From a virus, in the IMG/VR virus record IMGVR_UViG_3300026519_000001, positions 30,262 through 94,261 of that record: a stretch of 64,000 bases of DNA; one strand, 5' to 3'. The notes under the pieces are model-generated. The model made no database searches, was not told the origin of the DNA, and worked only from the letters and a program-made list of their open reading frames with translations. How positions within the stretch are numbered: position 1 is the stretch's first letter; each line of letters starts with the position of its first letter. This document shows, in pieces, positions 31,272-42,172 of the stretch. A program made the position numbers and the translations under genes.

Positions 31272-32057
31272 TTATTCATTTCTTGAAGACATAATCAAGC
31301 TTGTTTGCAAACTTGCAACCTCAAAAGACTCTTTAGCTAATTCAACTGCCCTATCAACAATTTGCCTGTGAACTAAAGAACTTAATTTACAATCCGTTTC
31401 GTCTGTAATGCCATCAATGCTAAGCCCCATTCCAGTAAAATCTCCCGATGTTAAATCAGTTAATATTATAGGAGTAGGCTTTTCTATGTATCTCATTTGA
31501 TAATTAATCAATGAAAAACCAACTGGCGTAACAATCTCTACCGAATCAGTAAATGTACCCAAAGAGTTATCAACTCTCCATACTCTTTTTGAAACACCAT
31601 CAATATTAGGTTTTCTAAAAGGATTCTCTTCCTGCAGCATAATCTCATCATGAGTAACAGGAATAGTTTTTATTGTATTATATAAAATGTCATTATTATC
31701 TTTTAAATATGATGACTCTTGTATAACAAAAAATACATTACCAGGTATTTTGACAAAATAATTATTGAAATTCTCAAGAGGTATTCCTGATAAATCAGGA
31801 ACATCCTCTATTAATGAATTTTCATTATTAGTATAATAATTTTTAATTAATTTTTCTAAACCCCTTCTTCTTTTTTCCGAGTTTTCAAACCCATCGTTTC
31901 TAATATTAGATTTAGGGTCAAAGTAATTAAAAACTAATTGCTCTTGAGCTTTACTAAGAAATACTGATTGTTCATATAAATCTAATCCAGGAGCACCATT
32001 ACTCCTAATATTATTATATGCAATATCAAATTCATTTATAAACTCAAGTACATTCAT
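31272..32057 (-). CDS. Ring / head-tail adaptor protein
   Basis: EFDIAYNNI.SN.APGLD.YE.SVFLSKAQ and H.QIVDRAVELA motifs of the conserved crAss gene. Confidence 0.7.
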   Translation of the reverse strand: MNVLEFINEFDIAYNNIRSNGAPGLDLYEQSVFLSKAQEQLVFNYFDPKSNIRNDGFENSEKRRRGLEKLIKNYYTNNENSLIEDVPDLSGIPLENFNNYFVKIPGNVFFVIQESSYLKDNNDILYNTIKTIPVTHDEIMLQEENPFRKPNIDGVSKRVWRVDNSLGTFTDSVEIVTPVGFSLINYQMRYIEKPTPIILTDLTSGDFTGMGLSIDGITDETDCKLSSLVHRQIVDRAVELAKESFEVASLQTSLIMSSRNE

Positions 32058-32923
32058 TAACTATCTAATTTTGCTTTCAATGTCAATTTAAAATCTTGGT
32101 GTGCTTCATTTTCAATAAACTCACACGCGTCTCTTAAAGAACTTGCAAAAGAAGTAGGCTCACCTTTAATATGATATTTACCAGATACCTTAGTAATCAA
32201 TCCTTTATTGTGACATTTTGACACTAAAAGTTTTGCTTCAAATAATGGATCTTTAGCAACCTCTATAAATAATGCTTTGTCTTCTTCAACCACTTCTGAT
32301 AATTGATTACTTAAAAATTCAATATCATTTTCAGATTCCGATAAATTTTTAAACCTAGAGTATTTTGGATATGATTCTCCATACACACGTAAAAAATCCA
32401 CTATTTTACCCTTATCATTAGCTATTGCACCAAAGGCTCTCCAAGCATCTATATTAATTTTACCTTTTTGTGTTTTAATTGCACTAACCTCTTTTGGTCT
32501 TTCAATATAAAACTTATAAGTTGCTCTATCTCGTACATTATTGATAGATGGAGCGACTAAATCTTTATTGTGCATTAATATTTTATACTCAATATAATCA
32601 TTTGGATCGGATAAATCCAACCTCTTAGTGTCTTTGGTTAACGTTACAGTTTTAGATTCCCAAAAATTATCATTCTTTTTATAAACAGATAATTCATCAT
32701 TTTTCATGTGCAATAAAGATTCCAAGGTAAGCTTCTCTTCTTTTGTAAGAATATTAGTAATACCTCCTGTTCTTTTTAACGGAGCCATGATTCTAAATGA
32801 TGTTCCCTCCATAAGGAAAAAAGCCCTATGATTCTTATTTTTAATCCAGCCAGGATTATTGTAATTTGGCTTTACAAATACTATTTCATCAGGTAATTCA
32901 AAAGCCTTTTCATTTTTCTCCAT
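32057..32923 (-). CDS. Conserved crAss protein immediately downstream of the major capsid gene
   Basis: FW.......L.K....LDLSDP.DYI.YKIL motif; synteny. Confidence 0.65.
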   Translation of the reverse strand: MEKNEKAFELPDEIVFVKPNYNNPGWIKNKNHRAFFLMEGTSFRIMAPLKRTGGITNILTKEEKLTLESLLHMKNDELSVYKKNDNFWESKTVTLTKDTKRLDLSDPNDYIEYKILMHNKDLVAPSINNVRDRATYKFYIERPKEVSAIKTQKGKINIDAWRAFGAIANDKGKIVDFLRVYGESYPKYSRFKNLSESENDIEFLSNQLSEVVEEDKALFIEVAKDPLFEAKLLVSKCHNKGLITKVSGKYHIKGEPTSFASSLRDACEFIENEAHQDFKLTLKAKLDS

Positions 32924-32996
32924 AATAATCTTCTTTTATTTCTTCTCTATACACTTTAGAACGTGTCGAGTAATAAGTGTAATTACTCTTTTGTTA

Positions 32997-33022
32997 ATAA
33001 AGAGGCAATTAAACCTCTTTAT
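32997..33022 (-). terminator. Terminator-like hairpin after the major capsid gene
   Basis: ATAAAGAGG-caattaaa-CCTCTTTAT. Confidence 0.5.
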
Positions 33023-33030
33023 CAATATTT

Positions 33031-34554
33031 TTAGACATCTAATATGTCTGGTATTAAACTTGCAGTTCTAGAAGGGTCTCTTACGATTGCCCCTATTCCC
33101 ATTGAAGCTCTATGATAAACAGAACCATCAACAGCATTACTCATTAATTCAGTAGAAGGTGCTCCTGTAAAAGGGTTTCTTAAACCAGCTTCCCAGCCTC
33201 TAATATCACAAGTTCCTGTAACTTCTGCTTTTTGAATGTTAGGTTCGCCATCAATAGTGCCAATATCTAATATGTCATATCTGTAAGATTCAGCTACCCC
33301 ACCATTTGGATGTAACAATTTGTTTCTTACTTTATCATCATACATAGAATCAACTTCTATAGTTACCTTGATATTGTTAGGTGCAAGATATTCTGTGAAT
33401 TGGAAGCCAGCACTATAAGCATTTGAATGCAATTGGCTAGATACCTTTTGAATAGAGCTTGTATTTGTATTATCAAATCCAACAGCGGCAGCAACAGATT
33501 GCCATCCTGAACCATCCAAAGAGATAGCTTCATGAAATTGAGTTGCCCCTCTTTCACCAGTTCTAAGAACAAAATGCCTTTCATCCATAGATAATTTGCC
33601 TTCTGATAATTCTGTTAACATATTAGTTAACATCTTTAAAGAAAACTTATTATAAAATAATGTATTTGATACTTGCATTTGTTCTCTAATACCAGAACCT
33701 TGTTTAATAACATTTCCAGACTTACCAATATTATGATAATCTCCATCTGCATCTCGATTAGTAGTTGCAAACATCAATACTGTATTTTTTTCTTTTAAAA
33801 ATTGTTGTTCAAAAGTCCATTCAACATGTTGCATCCAAGTTTCTTGCGTTACTAGACCACCAGTTTTACTATCAATAGTCTGAAATGGCATAGCCACACG
33901 TCTATCTTTCATATTACCAGGAGCTTTATGCTTCATTCGAATACTTGAAAATTCGTTTCTTAAAGCTATTGGAGAAGTAAAACTAATATCACCACCATCT
34001 ACAGAAAGAGTGTCTTCAACAGGAGAGAAGTCCTTGGAAAATCTTTTTCCTGACACCAACTCAGAACCAGGCATACCATTCAAAACAGTTCCCATTAACT
34101 CACAAGTGTAAGCGTAATTAGTTCCCTCTGCAACAGGCTCTTCTTTAATCCTAATTGGATAAACTTCATTTTTTTCACCAACAATCATATGAACATCAGA
34201 GAATGCTCTTTCAGCAAATACTAATACAAATTCTGCTCGCCCAGCACCAACTCCTGTATCCCCTGCGGTTACTACAGTTCCACCTTCACGCCTAGCTTCT
34301 ACTAGTGGATAATTTCTTTCACTAGACCCAATCAGATCCCAAGTGAACTCGTCATCATTATCAAAGTATTTCGTTGGAAACTTTGATAGTAATGAATCAA
34401 GATTTGCTCCATAAGAACTAGCTAAAAGTCTAGTTACTACTGCACTAGCTTTTTGTGGACTAATTCTATATATGGATTTTAAGTGATTCGCTGTAGTTAA
34501 ACCACTCCAAGATTGGGGTTCGTATACTTTGAATTTTCCTTGTTGTAAAGCCAT
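33031..34554 (-). CDS. Major capsid protein (HK97 fold, Crassvirales type)
   Basis: W.GLT..NHL N-terminus, G.G.REQ, TGERG..QFH and HPNGG.AESYRYDI motifs; about 500 aa. Confidence 0.9.
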   Translation of the reverse strand: MALQQGKFKVYEPQSWSGLTTANHLKSIYRISPQKASAVVTRLLASSYGANLDSLLSKFPTKYFDNDDEFTWDLIGSSERNYPLVEARREGGTVVTAGDTGVGAGRAEFVLVFAERAFSDVHMIVGEKNEVYPIRIKEEPVAEGTNYAYTCELMGTVLNGMPGSELVSGKRFSKDFSPVEDTLSVDGGDISFTSPIALRNEFSSIRMKHKAPGNMKDRRVAMPFQTIDSKTGGLVTQETWMQHVEWTFEQQFLKEKNTVLMFATTNRDADGDYHNIGKSGNVIKQGSGIREQMQVSNTLFYNKFSLKMLTNMLTELSEGKLSMDERHFVLRTGERGATQFHEAISLDGSGWQSVAAAVGFDNTNTSSIQKVSSQLHSNAYSAGFQFTEYLAPNNIKVTIEVDSMYDDKVRNKLLHPNGGVAESYRYDILDIGTIDGEPNIQKAEVTGTCDIRGWEAGLRNPFTGAPSTELMSNAVDGSVYHRASMGIGAIVRDPSRTASLIPDILDV

Positions 34555-34599
34555 AATACAATTTTAAATTTATAGTTAAAAATATTTTTGTTGTTTTTT

Positions 34600-35760
34600 T
34601 TATGCTAGTTCTCCAATTTTTTCGAATATATTTTCTTCATTTGATGATATAGATGTATCAATAATCCCAGCCCCATGTCCACTAGCTCCACTTGACAATA
34701 AAACTTTTTCCAGTTCTTTTGTTGCGGCACTTTTTGCACTGGTAACTAATTTACTGAAATCCTCAAATCCATTTGTTATTTGAAATAAGTAATTCATTTT
34801 AATTTCAAATTCCATTGGATCTTCAGCCCTCTTCTTCTGAACAGCATTTACTAATTTTCCATCTATTTGTCCAACTGCTTTTGTCATTTGATTATAAAGT
34901 TTTGTTTTTACAACCTCTGACATTTTCATTGAAGGAATAATTTCCTTTTTACTAGTAATTTCCTTTTTAAGATTAGAAAGTTTCCTTTCTTTTTCTTTAA
35001 TATTATCTTTAGTTTGCTTATCAGCTAATGCCATTTTTGCATCAAATTCAGCTTTACTTGCAATTTTTAAATCTTTATGTGCTTCAATAGCATCAGCTAT
35101 ATCGTCACCAGTATCTACCGATCTTTTAGCTAATAAAGCTGCCCTTTCAGGTGTCATACCTTTCATTTGAAAATCCTGTCTAATTAATGCAATACGTAAA
35201 TCTTGATTGCTATCAATTTCATCATTCGTAATACTATCAAGTTGACTAGTTACATTTTGATATTCTTTAATATCAATTTCAGGTATTCCCTTCCTAAGTG
35301 CTATAAGATATTCCTTTTGATTATCATTTAATTCTGCAAATTCTCTATTCGAAACTTCTTTATTAAGTATATCAATTAAATCACCTGCACTTTCAATTTT
35401 AATATCAGAATCCAGGGAGGAGATAATGCCCTCTTCATGGAGGACACTAGCAAAAGAAGAATATGAATTAGGAGAAGTACTCCTCCCTTTATCATCTGAT
35501 ATTTCTTTTTCTTTAGCTACTCTCTCTGCCTCTATTTCTTCTGGAGTTTTACCAATAGTATCAGGCTCACTAACTTGTTCTTTTTTTGTTTTTGCTGCAA
35601 TTTCTTCAGGACTTAATCCCTCGTTTGCTTTAGCTTTATCTTCAACTTCTATCGCAATCTCTTCAGGAGACTTCTCTTCCTGTGTTGATGTTTTGACTGC
35701 AAATGCAGCCATGTCATATTGCTCATCTGATGAAAAATCAACTATATCTTCTACTTCCAT
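34600..35760 (-). CDS. Putative capsid scaffolding protein
   Basis: Acidic N-terminus and coiled coil, located between portal and major capsid genes. Confidence 0.65.
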   Translation of the reverse strand: MEVEDIVDFSSDEQYDMAAFAVKTSTQEEKSPEEIAIEVEDKAKANEGLSPEEIAAKTKKEQVSEPDTIGKTPEEIEAERVAKEKEISDDKGRSTSPNSYSSFASVLHEEGIISSLDSDIKIESAGDLIDILNKEVSNREFAELNDNQKEYLIALRKGIPEIDIKEYQNVTSQLDSITNDEIDSNQDLRIALIRQDFQMKGMTPERAALLAKRSVDTGDDIADAIEAHKDLKIASKAEFDAKMALADKQTKDNIKEKERKLSNLKKEITSKKEIIPSMKMSEVVKTKLYNQMTKAVGQIDGKLVNAVQKKRAEDPMEFEIKMNYLFQITNGFEDFSKLVTSAKSAATKELEKVLLSSGASGHGAGIIDTSISSNEENIFEKIGELA

Positions 35761-35784
35761 AATTATTTCCTCTTCTTAATATTC

Positions 35785-35792
35785 CAAATATA
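35785..35792 (-). promoter_or_regulatory. Bacteroidota-type -7 element (TATATTTG) for the capsid operon
   Basis: Consensus match 25 nt upstream of the scaffold ATG; intergenic. Confidence 0.55.
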
Positions 35793-35891
35793 ATTATTAA
35801 TAAATACAATATCCTATTGTTTTTAACAAAAACTATAATTAAACCTAGCTATTGTATAACACTTACACTTTTCTAGTTACACTTCTATTAT

Positions 35892-38246
35892 TCATTTTTT
35901 TATAGCAAGGTCTTCTCTTTTAATTTTATTGTCCTCCGCATGATGCTTGTCTTTTTGAGCCAACTCTTTCATTTTAAAGTTTATTTCTTCTTTATGTTTG
36001 AGCAATTCCTCATCTGTAACTAATCCATCATCTCCAATGCTTTCTTTCTTTAAAGAATTTTCCATACCAAGTATTAATTTAGTATTATTATCTCTAATAT
36101 TTATTCTTTCCTTTAAATCTCTTTCGTCTTGAGCCACCTCTTCGTTAGAAGCTATTTGATCTTGAAATTGCTTTGCTTGAGCCTTACCAGCCTCTACTTC
36201 TCTTTGAATTTTTTCCTCCTCTTTAAGCTCAATAGCTCTTCTGGTTTCAGATAAACTGTTAGACATGTATATCTGCATAAGAGTACTAAAATCCATTTTG
36301 TCGTTTTGTATACCTGCTTGAGCAAGTTCTTTCATTACATTTTCTAATTGTTGATACTTATCATTAAAACTAATTAAAATGTCATAAGAGCCATCGGCAA
36401 AAGAATCATTCACTTCTAAATATTGAATACTCTCATCTCCTAAAATAAATTGTAATTTCTTATTTCCTGTTTTTAATGAAGTTTTAGCAACCTCTAAAAA
36501 TGCTTCCAATGCCTTTCCTTTAAACAATTCATGTTTAGCAAATATTTGTTCTGTGATATGAGAAGATTGATTAACAGCCCTTTCAACACCACCTACGGTT
36601 TCTCTATTAGTAACAGCACCCTCTCTTTGTGGTGAAATGCCTATAATAGATGCCATGTCAATTTTTATATATTCAAGAAATTCTATTTGATTCTGAATAT
36701 AATTACCCATTTGTAGATTTAATACACCAGATGAATTTCCAGTATAGCTACCAGCTAATTTGCCTGTTGCCGCACCTTTATTCCCTTCTTTAAATGAATC
36801 CTTAACAGCCAATCCATTAGCGTGTGCAAAATGTAACCACTTATCCATCTCCCAGTTTTCTGGAACAGTAGCTAAGTCAAGCTCCAACAATGGACCAAGA
36901 TGTTTTGCCATAGCTTTGTTTAACCTGTCTTTACTTGCATCATACAAATATTGAGATTGTTTCATTCTATCCATTATACAAACAGATTGAAATTGATTAG
37001 TATTATGAGTTAGACCAATTATGCCAGCATGGCATTTAGAAGGATTATTTATGTCATTAAATTGAACTGGCATAGGTCTTAACTGGATATAGATACTATC
37101 AGCTATTTGTGTGCCTTCCCACATTTCATTAATCCACATTATTTTTGCTTCTTCCCCTTTATCTTCATCAATTTTATAATTCTCTGGGAAAAAATCATAT
37201 TGTGTGTCTCCATTCTCATCATAGTATTTTACCTTTAATACCTTTCTGAAACTTCTCCAATACACTCTTAATACTCTTATATTCCCATTAGTATCAAAAT
37301 AATTTCCATATCCCATAGTTGTTTCAGCTAATGAAATTAAATCACTAACAGCATTTCCTCCCCCTGCATTAGCCGTAGGGTCTACATATAACACAGGATC
37401 AGAATGTATATTACCCCTATGTTTATTATCTGCAGATTGCCCAGTACTATAGCTTTCAATTATTTTTATTTCTTTACTTTTTAAATCTTCAAAAAAAGTA
37501 TCTATAATTCTGCCTGGATTCCAATAATCTTCTATAACAATTATATCACTATCTTGTATCCATTCACTACCTCCAGACCTTACAGTACTTATATTGAGAG
37601 GATTTAATTTTCTCATATATGGTTCATTTGATATAATCTCAACTTGTACTATTTCATCTCCTGATAATAATGCATCTTTAAAACATTCATTAAAAATATT
37701 CTTAAAATTTTGTTTTTCAGAATAATGCCTAAGAATACTACTAGCAGTCATTTCCTTAATATCTTGCCATTCAAATTTTAAATACTTATCATATTTTTCT
37801 AATATATTTTTTGCTTCTTCTTCTTCTTTGTCTTGAATAAGTAAATTAATTAATTGCTTTCTCCATAATTCAGCTTTAGATCTCTCTTTTTCTGAAATTG
37901 CTTCTGGATTAGATACTATTACTTTATATTCAAATCTCCTATTAAGCTCTTCACCAACTAACAAATCAATCTTTGGAGCAGCAATTGGATAATGAGGTAA
38001 ACTATCAGGAATAAAAGAACCAATTGTTTTATATGGGTTAACTGTAAGCTCTAAATCAGTCATATCTATATATCCATTATATAGTCTATAATTAATATAT
38101 TTTTCTCTACGAGATTTCCTTACTCCTTGGTTAAAAATACTAGATTGTGTATTAGCATAGTCAACACATTGCATTGCCCATTCTTTTGTTTTTTGTGATT
38201 TGGTTTTCTTCTGAGAAGGAAATCCATTTGGTCCTGTATTAGACAT
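35892..38246 (-). CDS. Portal protein
   Basis: FPSQK, HYPI..PKIDLLVGEE, WINEMWEG and R.TVGGVERAV.QS motifs; follows the terminase. Confidence 0.88.
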   Translation of the reverse strand: MSNTGPNGFPSQKKTKSQKTKEWAMQCVDYANTQSSIFNQGVRKSRREKYINYRLYNGYIDMTDLELTVNPYKTIGSFIPDSLPHYPIAAPKIDLLVGEELNRRFEYKVIVSNPEAISEKERSKAELWRKQLINLLIQDKEEEEAKNILEKYDKYLKFEWQDIKEMTASSILRHYSEKQNFKNIFNECFKDALLSGDEIVQVEIISNEPYMRKLNPLNISTVRSGGSEWIQDSDIIVIEDYWNPGRIIDTFFEDLKSKEIKIIESYSTGQSADNKHRGNIHSDPVLYVDPTANAGGGNAVSDLISLAETTMGYGNYFDTNGNIRVLRVYWRSFRKVLKVKYYDENGDTQYDFFPENYKIDEDKGEEAKIMWINEMWEGTQIADSIYIQLRPMPVQFNDINNPSKCHAGIIGLTHNTNQFQSVCIMDRMKQSQYLYDASKDRLNKAMAKHLGPLLELDLATVPENWEMDKWLHFAHANGLAVKDSFKEGNKGAATGKLAGSYTGNSSGVLNLQMGNYIQNQIEFLEYIKIDMASIIGISPQREGAVTNRETVGGVERAVNQSSHITEQIFAKHELFKGKALEAFLEVAKTSLKTGNKKLQFILGDESIQYLEVNDSFADGSYDILISFNDKYQQLENVMKELAQAGIQNDKMDFSTLMQIYMSNSLSETRRAIELKEEEKIQREVEAGKAQAKQFQDQIASNEEVAQDERDLKERINIRDNNTKLILGMENSLKKESIGDDGLVTDEELLKHKEEINFKMKELAQKDKHHAEDNKIKREDLAIKK

Positions 38247-40540
38247 TATACTATTTCTGTTAAATTAAGTTTTTTACTAAGTTTTTCATCGTATCTTTCA
38301 ATTTCAGACTCTGAGATTCCTTGATGTGTGAAATTAATATTAAAAAATGGGTCTTGTGCAAGACCAGGTTTGAAATCATTTTTATATTCATCTTTTATAT
38401 GATAAACATACTTTTTATATTCCTCTCTTAATATAAAAAGCATACCAGCAGATGATACTCTATCAAAGTTACCATCTTCATTATATCCAATTGCTTCTTT
38501 TAAATAAGCTATACTCCTTATTCTTTGCAATTGAATTATCCCCTCATCTTGCCTTTCTTCTACAGGTGATAACATCCAATCAGCTTGCAATCTCCTTCCC
38601 CAAGCATTTACTTTTTTATTCGAATTAACTCCTTTTAATTTATTTCCAGAAAGATTTATGCCTTTAATCATATCCAAATCTTTAAGTATTTCTGGTACGT
38701 CACACAAATAACTTAAAGCATGTCTATGTGCAAAATATGCATATAAACCTTTCTTGTCATTTTCATAATTACCTATAGCATTATAAAATTTAAGCATTTT
38801 AAAACATATATCATAAAATGCAGCAGCTGTTTTTGGTCTGCCTGTAAATTCGGCTACTATTTCATCAGTTAACATATCCATTATTTGAATAGATCCTAAT
38901 GAGTTGGTACTTGATTCATCATCATCATACGTATCAATTCCTGCTATATACCTAAATCTTGGTATTTCACCTTTATAATTACGCACAGGAAGACGATACA
39001 TTTCTATTGCTCCATTTTTATTTTTATTATCTTTTATAGGAAATTCTCTAATTACAATAGCATCCGCATTTGGTTTAAAAACAACATCTCCACTTGCATT
39101 TATAGTTAAATCTCCTATATAATGCTCTGACACAAATGAATCATATCTAGGACTTATATCTTCTAAGTGAGATTTAAGGTCAGCTACAGGGAATATGCTC
39201 CCTTCCATTCTAATTATAGCTTCTTGAGGTGTATTAGGTCTCTCTGCTTTTTCTTGAGTTAATGCATTGCTATTAGTAGCATTCATTCTAATTAAATTTC
39301 TTTTAGTTAATAGTTGAATTAATGCTTTCACTGGATTAGAATTGCCATTTTCATCATAACATCCTTTTCTATTCATATATTCAGGTATAAACATTGCGCA
39401 TTTTCCCTCACCCTTAACCTTATCAAAAACATTTCGCAACATCTTAACCCCATATCCGTCTCCATGATAAAAAAGTTCTTCTAAACCCTCAAAATTAGCC
39501 CCAGCCGTTCCGCCAGTGCCAAATGCTAACATAAATCCAAATACAGAATCGCCATCTTCTAATGAAGCTCTAGCAATTCCCCAAGTCTTTAAAAGATGTG
39601 GGAATATACCCCCCTCTTCATATAATAATAATTTACCACGCTTACCCCTACCCTTTTCGGGATTCCCACCTGTTAAAACACCAATAATTTGAGATTTAAA
39701 TCCCTTCTTTTTCTTATCTACAGGATCAGTATATCCAGATAATTTCTTTAATATCTTATCAGTAAGTCTTCCTTTAGACCATGCAGTATTTAAATCTACA
39801 AAATCTAACATGTTCCAAGTCTTGTTATCTAATAACCCATCATCTTCCAAATACTCACTATCAGATGCAAATGCAAATGATTTTGAACTAGGAATTAAAA
39901 AATAATTTCTTGACAACATTGCAGCAGCTTTAAAACTATATCCTCTCCCACGTGTTTTAAGTAATGAACCAAATTCATTAGCCACTTCTGCTTGTTCAAC
40001 ATAATGAAAATACATATAATCACTATCCCATACTTTAGGAAATTCTACAACCCTATCAGTTCTTATTTTTTTCCCATCTGTATTATATATATCATGTGTT
40101 ATATCAATTTTAGTATAATTTAAATACCAATAATAATACCCAGGAATCCATTCACCATCACTAGCTCTAGTGCAACCATTTAAACATTTTTCTTTTTCAG
40201 CCCTCCAAAATTTTTTATAGTCAGAATTTGGATGTCTATTAGGGTATAAATTAGTATATTTACCATGATTCTCAAAATGAATAGCAGACTTACGAAAATA
40301 ATTCATATCTTCTAATACATGAGGCTTTACTATATCCACTTCAATTCTGCCTTCACTATCCCTTTTTTTATCCTTAGCATAGCCTCTTTTTTCATCAGGC
40401 AACATTAACCAATGAAGCAACTCAATGCTTTCATTTAGTTCAAACAATTCTGCCCTTATAGAGGAATCGGTATTCTGAATATCTTCCCAATGTTTAGAAT
40501 CAATATTTAAATCATTTAATATGGTCTCATATTCATTCAT
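38246..40540 (-). CDS. terL: Terminase large subunit
   Basis: Walker A-like LKTRGRGYS, Walker B LLYEEGG, motif III FGTGG, nuclease IAGID and NFDRVS. Confidence 0.92.
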   Translation of the reverse strand: MNEYETILNDLNIDSKHWEDIQNTDSSIRAELFELNESIELLHWLMLPDEKRGYAKDKKRDSEGRIEVDIVKPHVLEDMNYFRKSAIHFENHGKYTNLYPNRHPNSDYKKFWRAEKEKCLNGCTRASDGEWIPGYYYWYLNYTKIDITHDIYNTDGKKIRTDRVVEFPKVWDSDYMYFHYVEQAEVANEFGSLLKTRGRGYSFKAAAMLSRNYFLIPSSKSFAFASDSEYLEDDGLLDNKTWNMLDFVDLNTAWSKGRLTDKILKKLSGYTDPVDKKKKGFKSQIIGVLTGGNPEKGRGKRGKLLLYEEGGIFPHLLKTWGIARASLEDGDSVFGFMLAFGTGGTAGANFEGLEELFYHGDGYGVKMLRNVFDKVKGEGKCAMFIPEYMNRKGCYDENGNSNPVKALIQLLTKRNLIRMNATNSNALTQEKAERPNTPQEAIIRMEGSIFPVADLKSHLEDISPRYDSFVSEHYIGDLTINASGDVVFKPNADAIVIREFPIKDNKNKNGAIEMYRLPVRNYKGEIPRFRYIAGIDTYDDDESSTNSLGSIQIMDMLTDEIVAEFTGRPKTAAAFYDICFKMLKFYNAIGNYENDKKGLYAYFAHRHALSYLCDVPEILKDLDMIKGINLSGNKLKGVNSNKKVNAWGRRLQADWMLSPVEERQDEGIIQLQRIRSIAYLKEAIGYNEDGNFDRVSSAGMLFILREEYKKYVYHIKDEYKNDFKPGLAQDPFFNINFTHQGISESEIERYDEKLSKKLNLTEIV

Positions 40541-41097
40541 TAATCTTCTGCATCTTCAAACATACCCTTTTCTCTTCCTCCAACCATCATATTAGAGGCA
40601 TCAATATCTTGTTTTACCTGTTGAGTTAGCTCATTAATACTCTTCATAATAGTAGACAATGAAACTAAATTAGTTTTTAATTTAGCAGCATCATATAATA
40701 AACCCCCCTTATCATTAACTTCAGTTAGGTCAACTACTCTAAAATAAGCCCTTAAAGCTTCCACCCCCATCTTAGCATCTTCTAACACACCAACAGAAAA
40801 TGGAATGTCCTTTTTATATAATTCTATTGCTTCCTTTAGTACTTTATCAGGAGCAAAATCCTTTTTATCTGGAAACACCATTTTAACAACTTCTCTATGC
40901 TTATCTTTTTCATCAGGAATATCACTAAAATATGATTTATAATCATTCATATAGTACATATATCCTAATTCTGCTAAAGCATTAGATTTAGATTTACTTT
41001 TATCTCTATCCCATATTTTTCTATAAACAGAAATCCCATACGCAGCAGGGTCAATAACAATAGTTCCTTTTGCATCTATGGTAAATAATGCTCTCAT
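40540..41097 (-). CDS. Conserved crAss protein upstream of terL (possible small terminase)
   Basis: RDKSK.K..A..EL.Y.YY..DY.S motif; overlaps the terL start. Confidence 0.5.
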   Translation of the reverse strand: MRALFTIDAKGTIVIDPAAYGISVYRKIWDRDKSKSKSNALAELGYMYYMNDYKSYFSDIPDEKDKHREVVKMVFPDKKDFAPDKVLKEAIELYKKDIPFSVGVLEDAKMGVEALRAYFRVVDLTEVNDKGGLLYDAAKLKTNLVSLSTIMKSINELTQQVKQDIDASNMMVGGREKGMFEDAED

Positions 41098-41540
41098 TTA
41101 GGAAGCACCATTAAAATTTCCCTATCACTAATCATTATATAATTTTCAGTATCCTCCTCATTAATTTCATTCACATTTTCAGAAGTTATCAAATCCCCTG
41201 TATTTTTATCAAATTGAAAATTGATTAATCTTGTTTGTCCTCCACCAACTCTTTTTGCTTGCAACAATTGCGTGTCTATTAAAACCTTATCCCCAGGCTG
41301 CATACTACACTCAACACCATCTTTGTTAGTGTACAATCCAGCTGTTGGTCCAGCAGCTATAATTGTTTGAACTTCACTTAATAATGATTTATTCACCCTC
41401 CCTGTTACATCTGTAATAATATTACTATTGCTACCAACATAATTTGTAGTAACTATAATATGATTAAATTGTATTCTCCCTATCTTTGGCAGTTTTGTTT
41501 TTTTTTGAATGTTTTTTTTATTACTTTTTACAATGTTCAT
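41094..41540 (-). CDS. GroES/Cpn10-like co-chaperonin
   Basis: IIAAGP, PGDKVLI and Y.MISDREILMV align with the GroES VVAVGP, VGDKVLF and YLILRESDILAV strands. Confidence 0.6.
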   Translation of the reverse strand: MNIVKSNKKNIQKKTKLPKIGRIQFNHIIVTTNYVGSNSNIITDVTGRVNKSLLSEVQTIIAAGPTAGLYTNKDGVECSMQPGDKVLIDTQLLQAKRVGGGQTRLINFQFDKNTGDLITSENVNEINEEDTENYIMISDREILMVLPK

Positions 41541-41580
41541 TTTCTTCTTTTTTTTATTTAAAATATCAATATTATAAAAT

Positions 41581-41922
41581 TCAATCTAATAAGGCATCTA
41601 ATTCTTTAATAACTTTATCATCATATTTTATTATATATGAACCCTGACCTGTTTTAGAAAAGTCAATAAGCAATAATATTACCTTTCCAGCTGATTCATA
41701 ACCAACAATATGCTCCTTCCTAAAATTGCATTTTACGAAACCAGTTTTTGGTTTCGGAGCAATTGGCTCTTCTATTAAAGTATCGCCATTTTGTATACTA
41801 TATAAACTATCATTCTCCATTTTTGCTTTATGCTGTTCGTATTCAGCATATTCTTTATGATAAAGTCTTACCTTTTCTTCTAGGTCTTCTGTGTGTAGTG
41901 TTGCCTTACAATGAAATATCAT
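41581..41922 (-). CDS. Hypothetical protein
   Basis: Co-oriented ORF in a tight operon. Confidence 0.5.
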   Translation of the reverse strand: MIFHCKATLHTEDLEEKVRLYHKEYAEYEQHKAKMENDSLYSIQNGDTLIEEPIAPKPKTGFVKCNFRKEHIVGYESAGKVILLLIDFSKTGQGSYIIKYDDKVIKELDALLD

Positions 41923-42172
41923 TTTTTTTTCTTATGTTTTTTTTAATAGCCTTTAATTTTTTTATATTAATATGAATACTTCCAAGCCCCATAAATCTAA
42001 AAGTTGTTTTGTGATTTTCTAGATCTTCTTTCTCATTAATATTAGGAATATCTACTTTTTTTATTTCTTTCCTTGTAAATTCAAACTGCGATTCTATTAC
42101 TGCTTTAATAACATTGCAAGGTTTATTGTATCTTTTAGATAATTTATTTATAATAGAGTCTTCTACAGTCAT
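41906..42172 (-). CDS. HU/IHF-like small DNA-binding protein
   Basis: I.KLSKRY......IKAVIESQF...FRFMGLGSI pattern of the HU fold. Confidence 0.55.
   Translation of the reverse strand: MTVEDSIINKLSKRYNKPCNVIKAVIESQFEFTRKEIKKVDIPNINEKEDLENHKTTFRFMGLGSIHINIKKLKAIKKNIRKKNDISL

Noticed and set aside
33031-40540. Introns or inteins in terminase, portal or capsid genes
   Set aside because: ORFs are continuous and of expected size; no intein terminal motifs noticed.
1189-42000. Short plus-strand and nested ORFs in the late module (e.g. 7188-7511, 16020-16343, 25061-25372, 30583-30891, 35426-35779)
   Set aside because: Antisense or out-of-frame shadows of long structural genes, with no independent signals.
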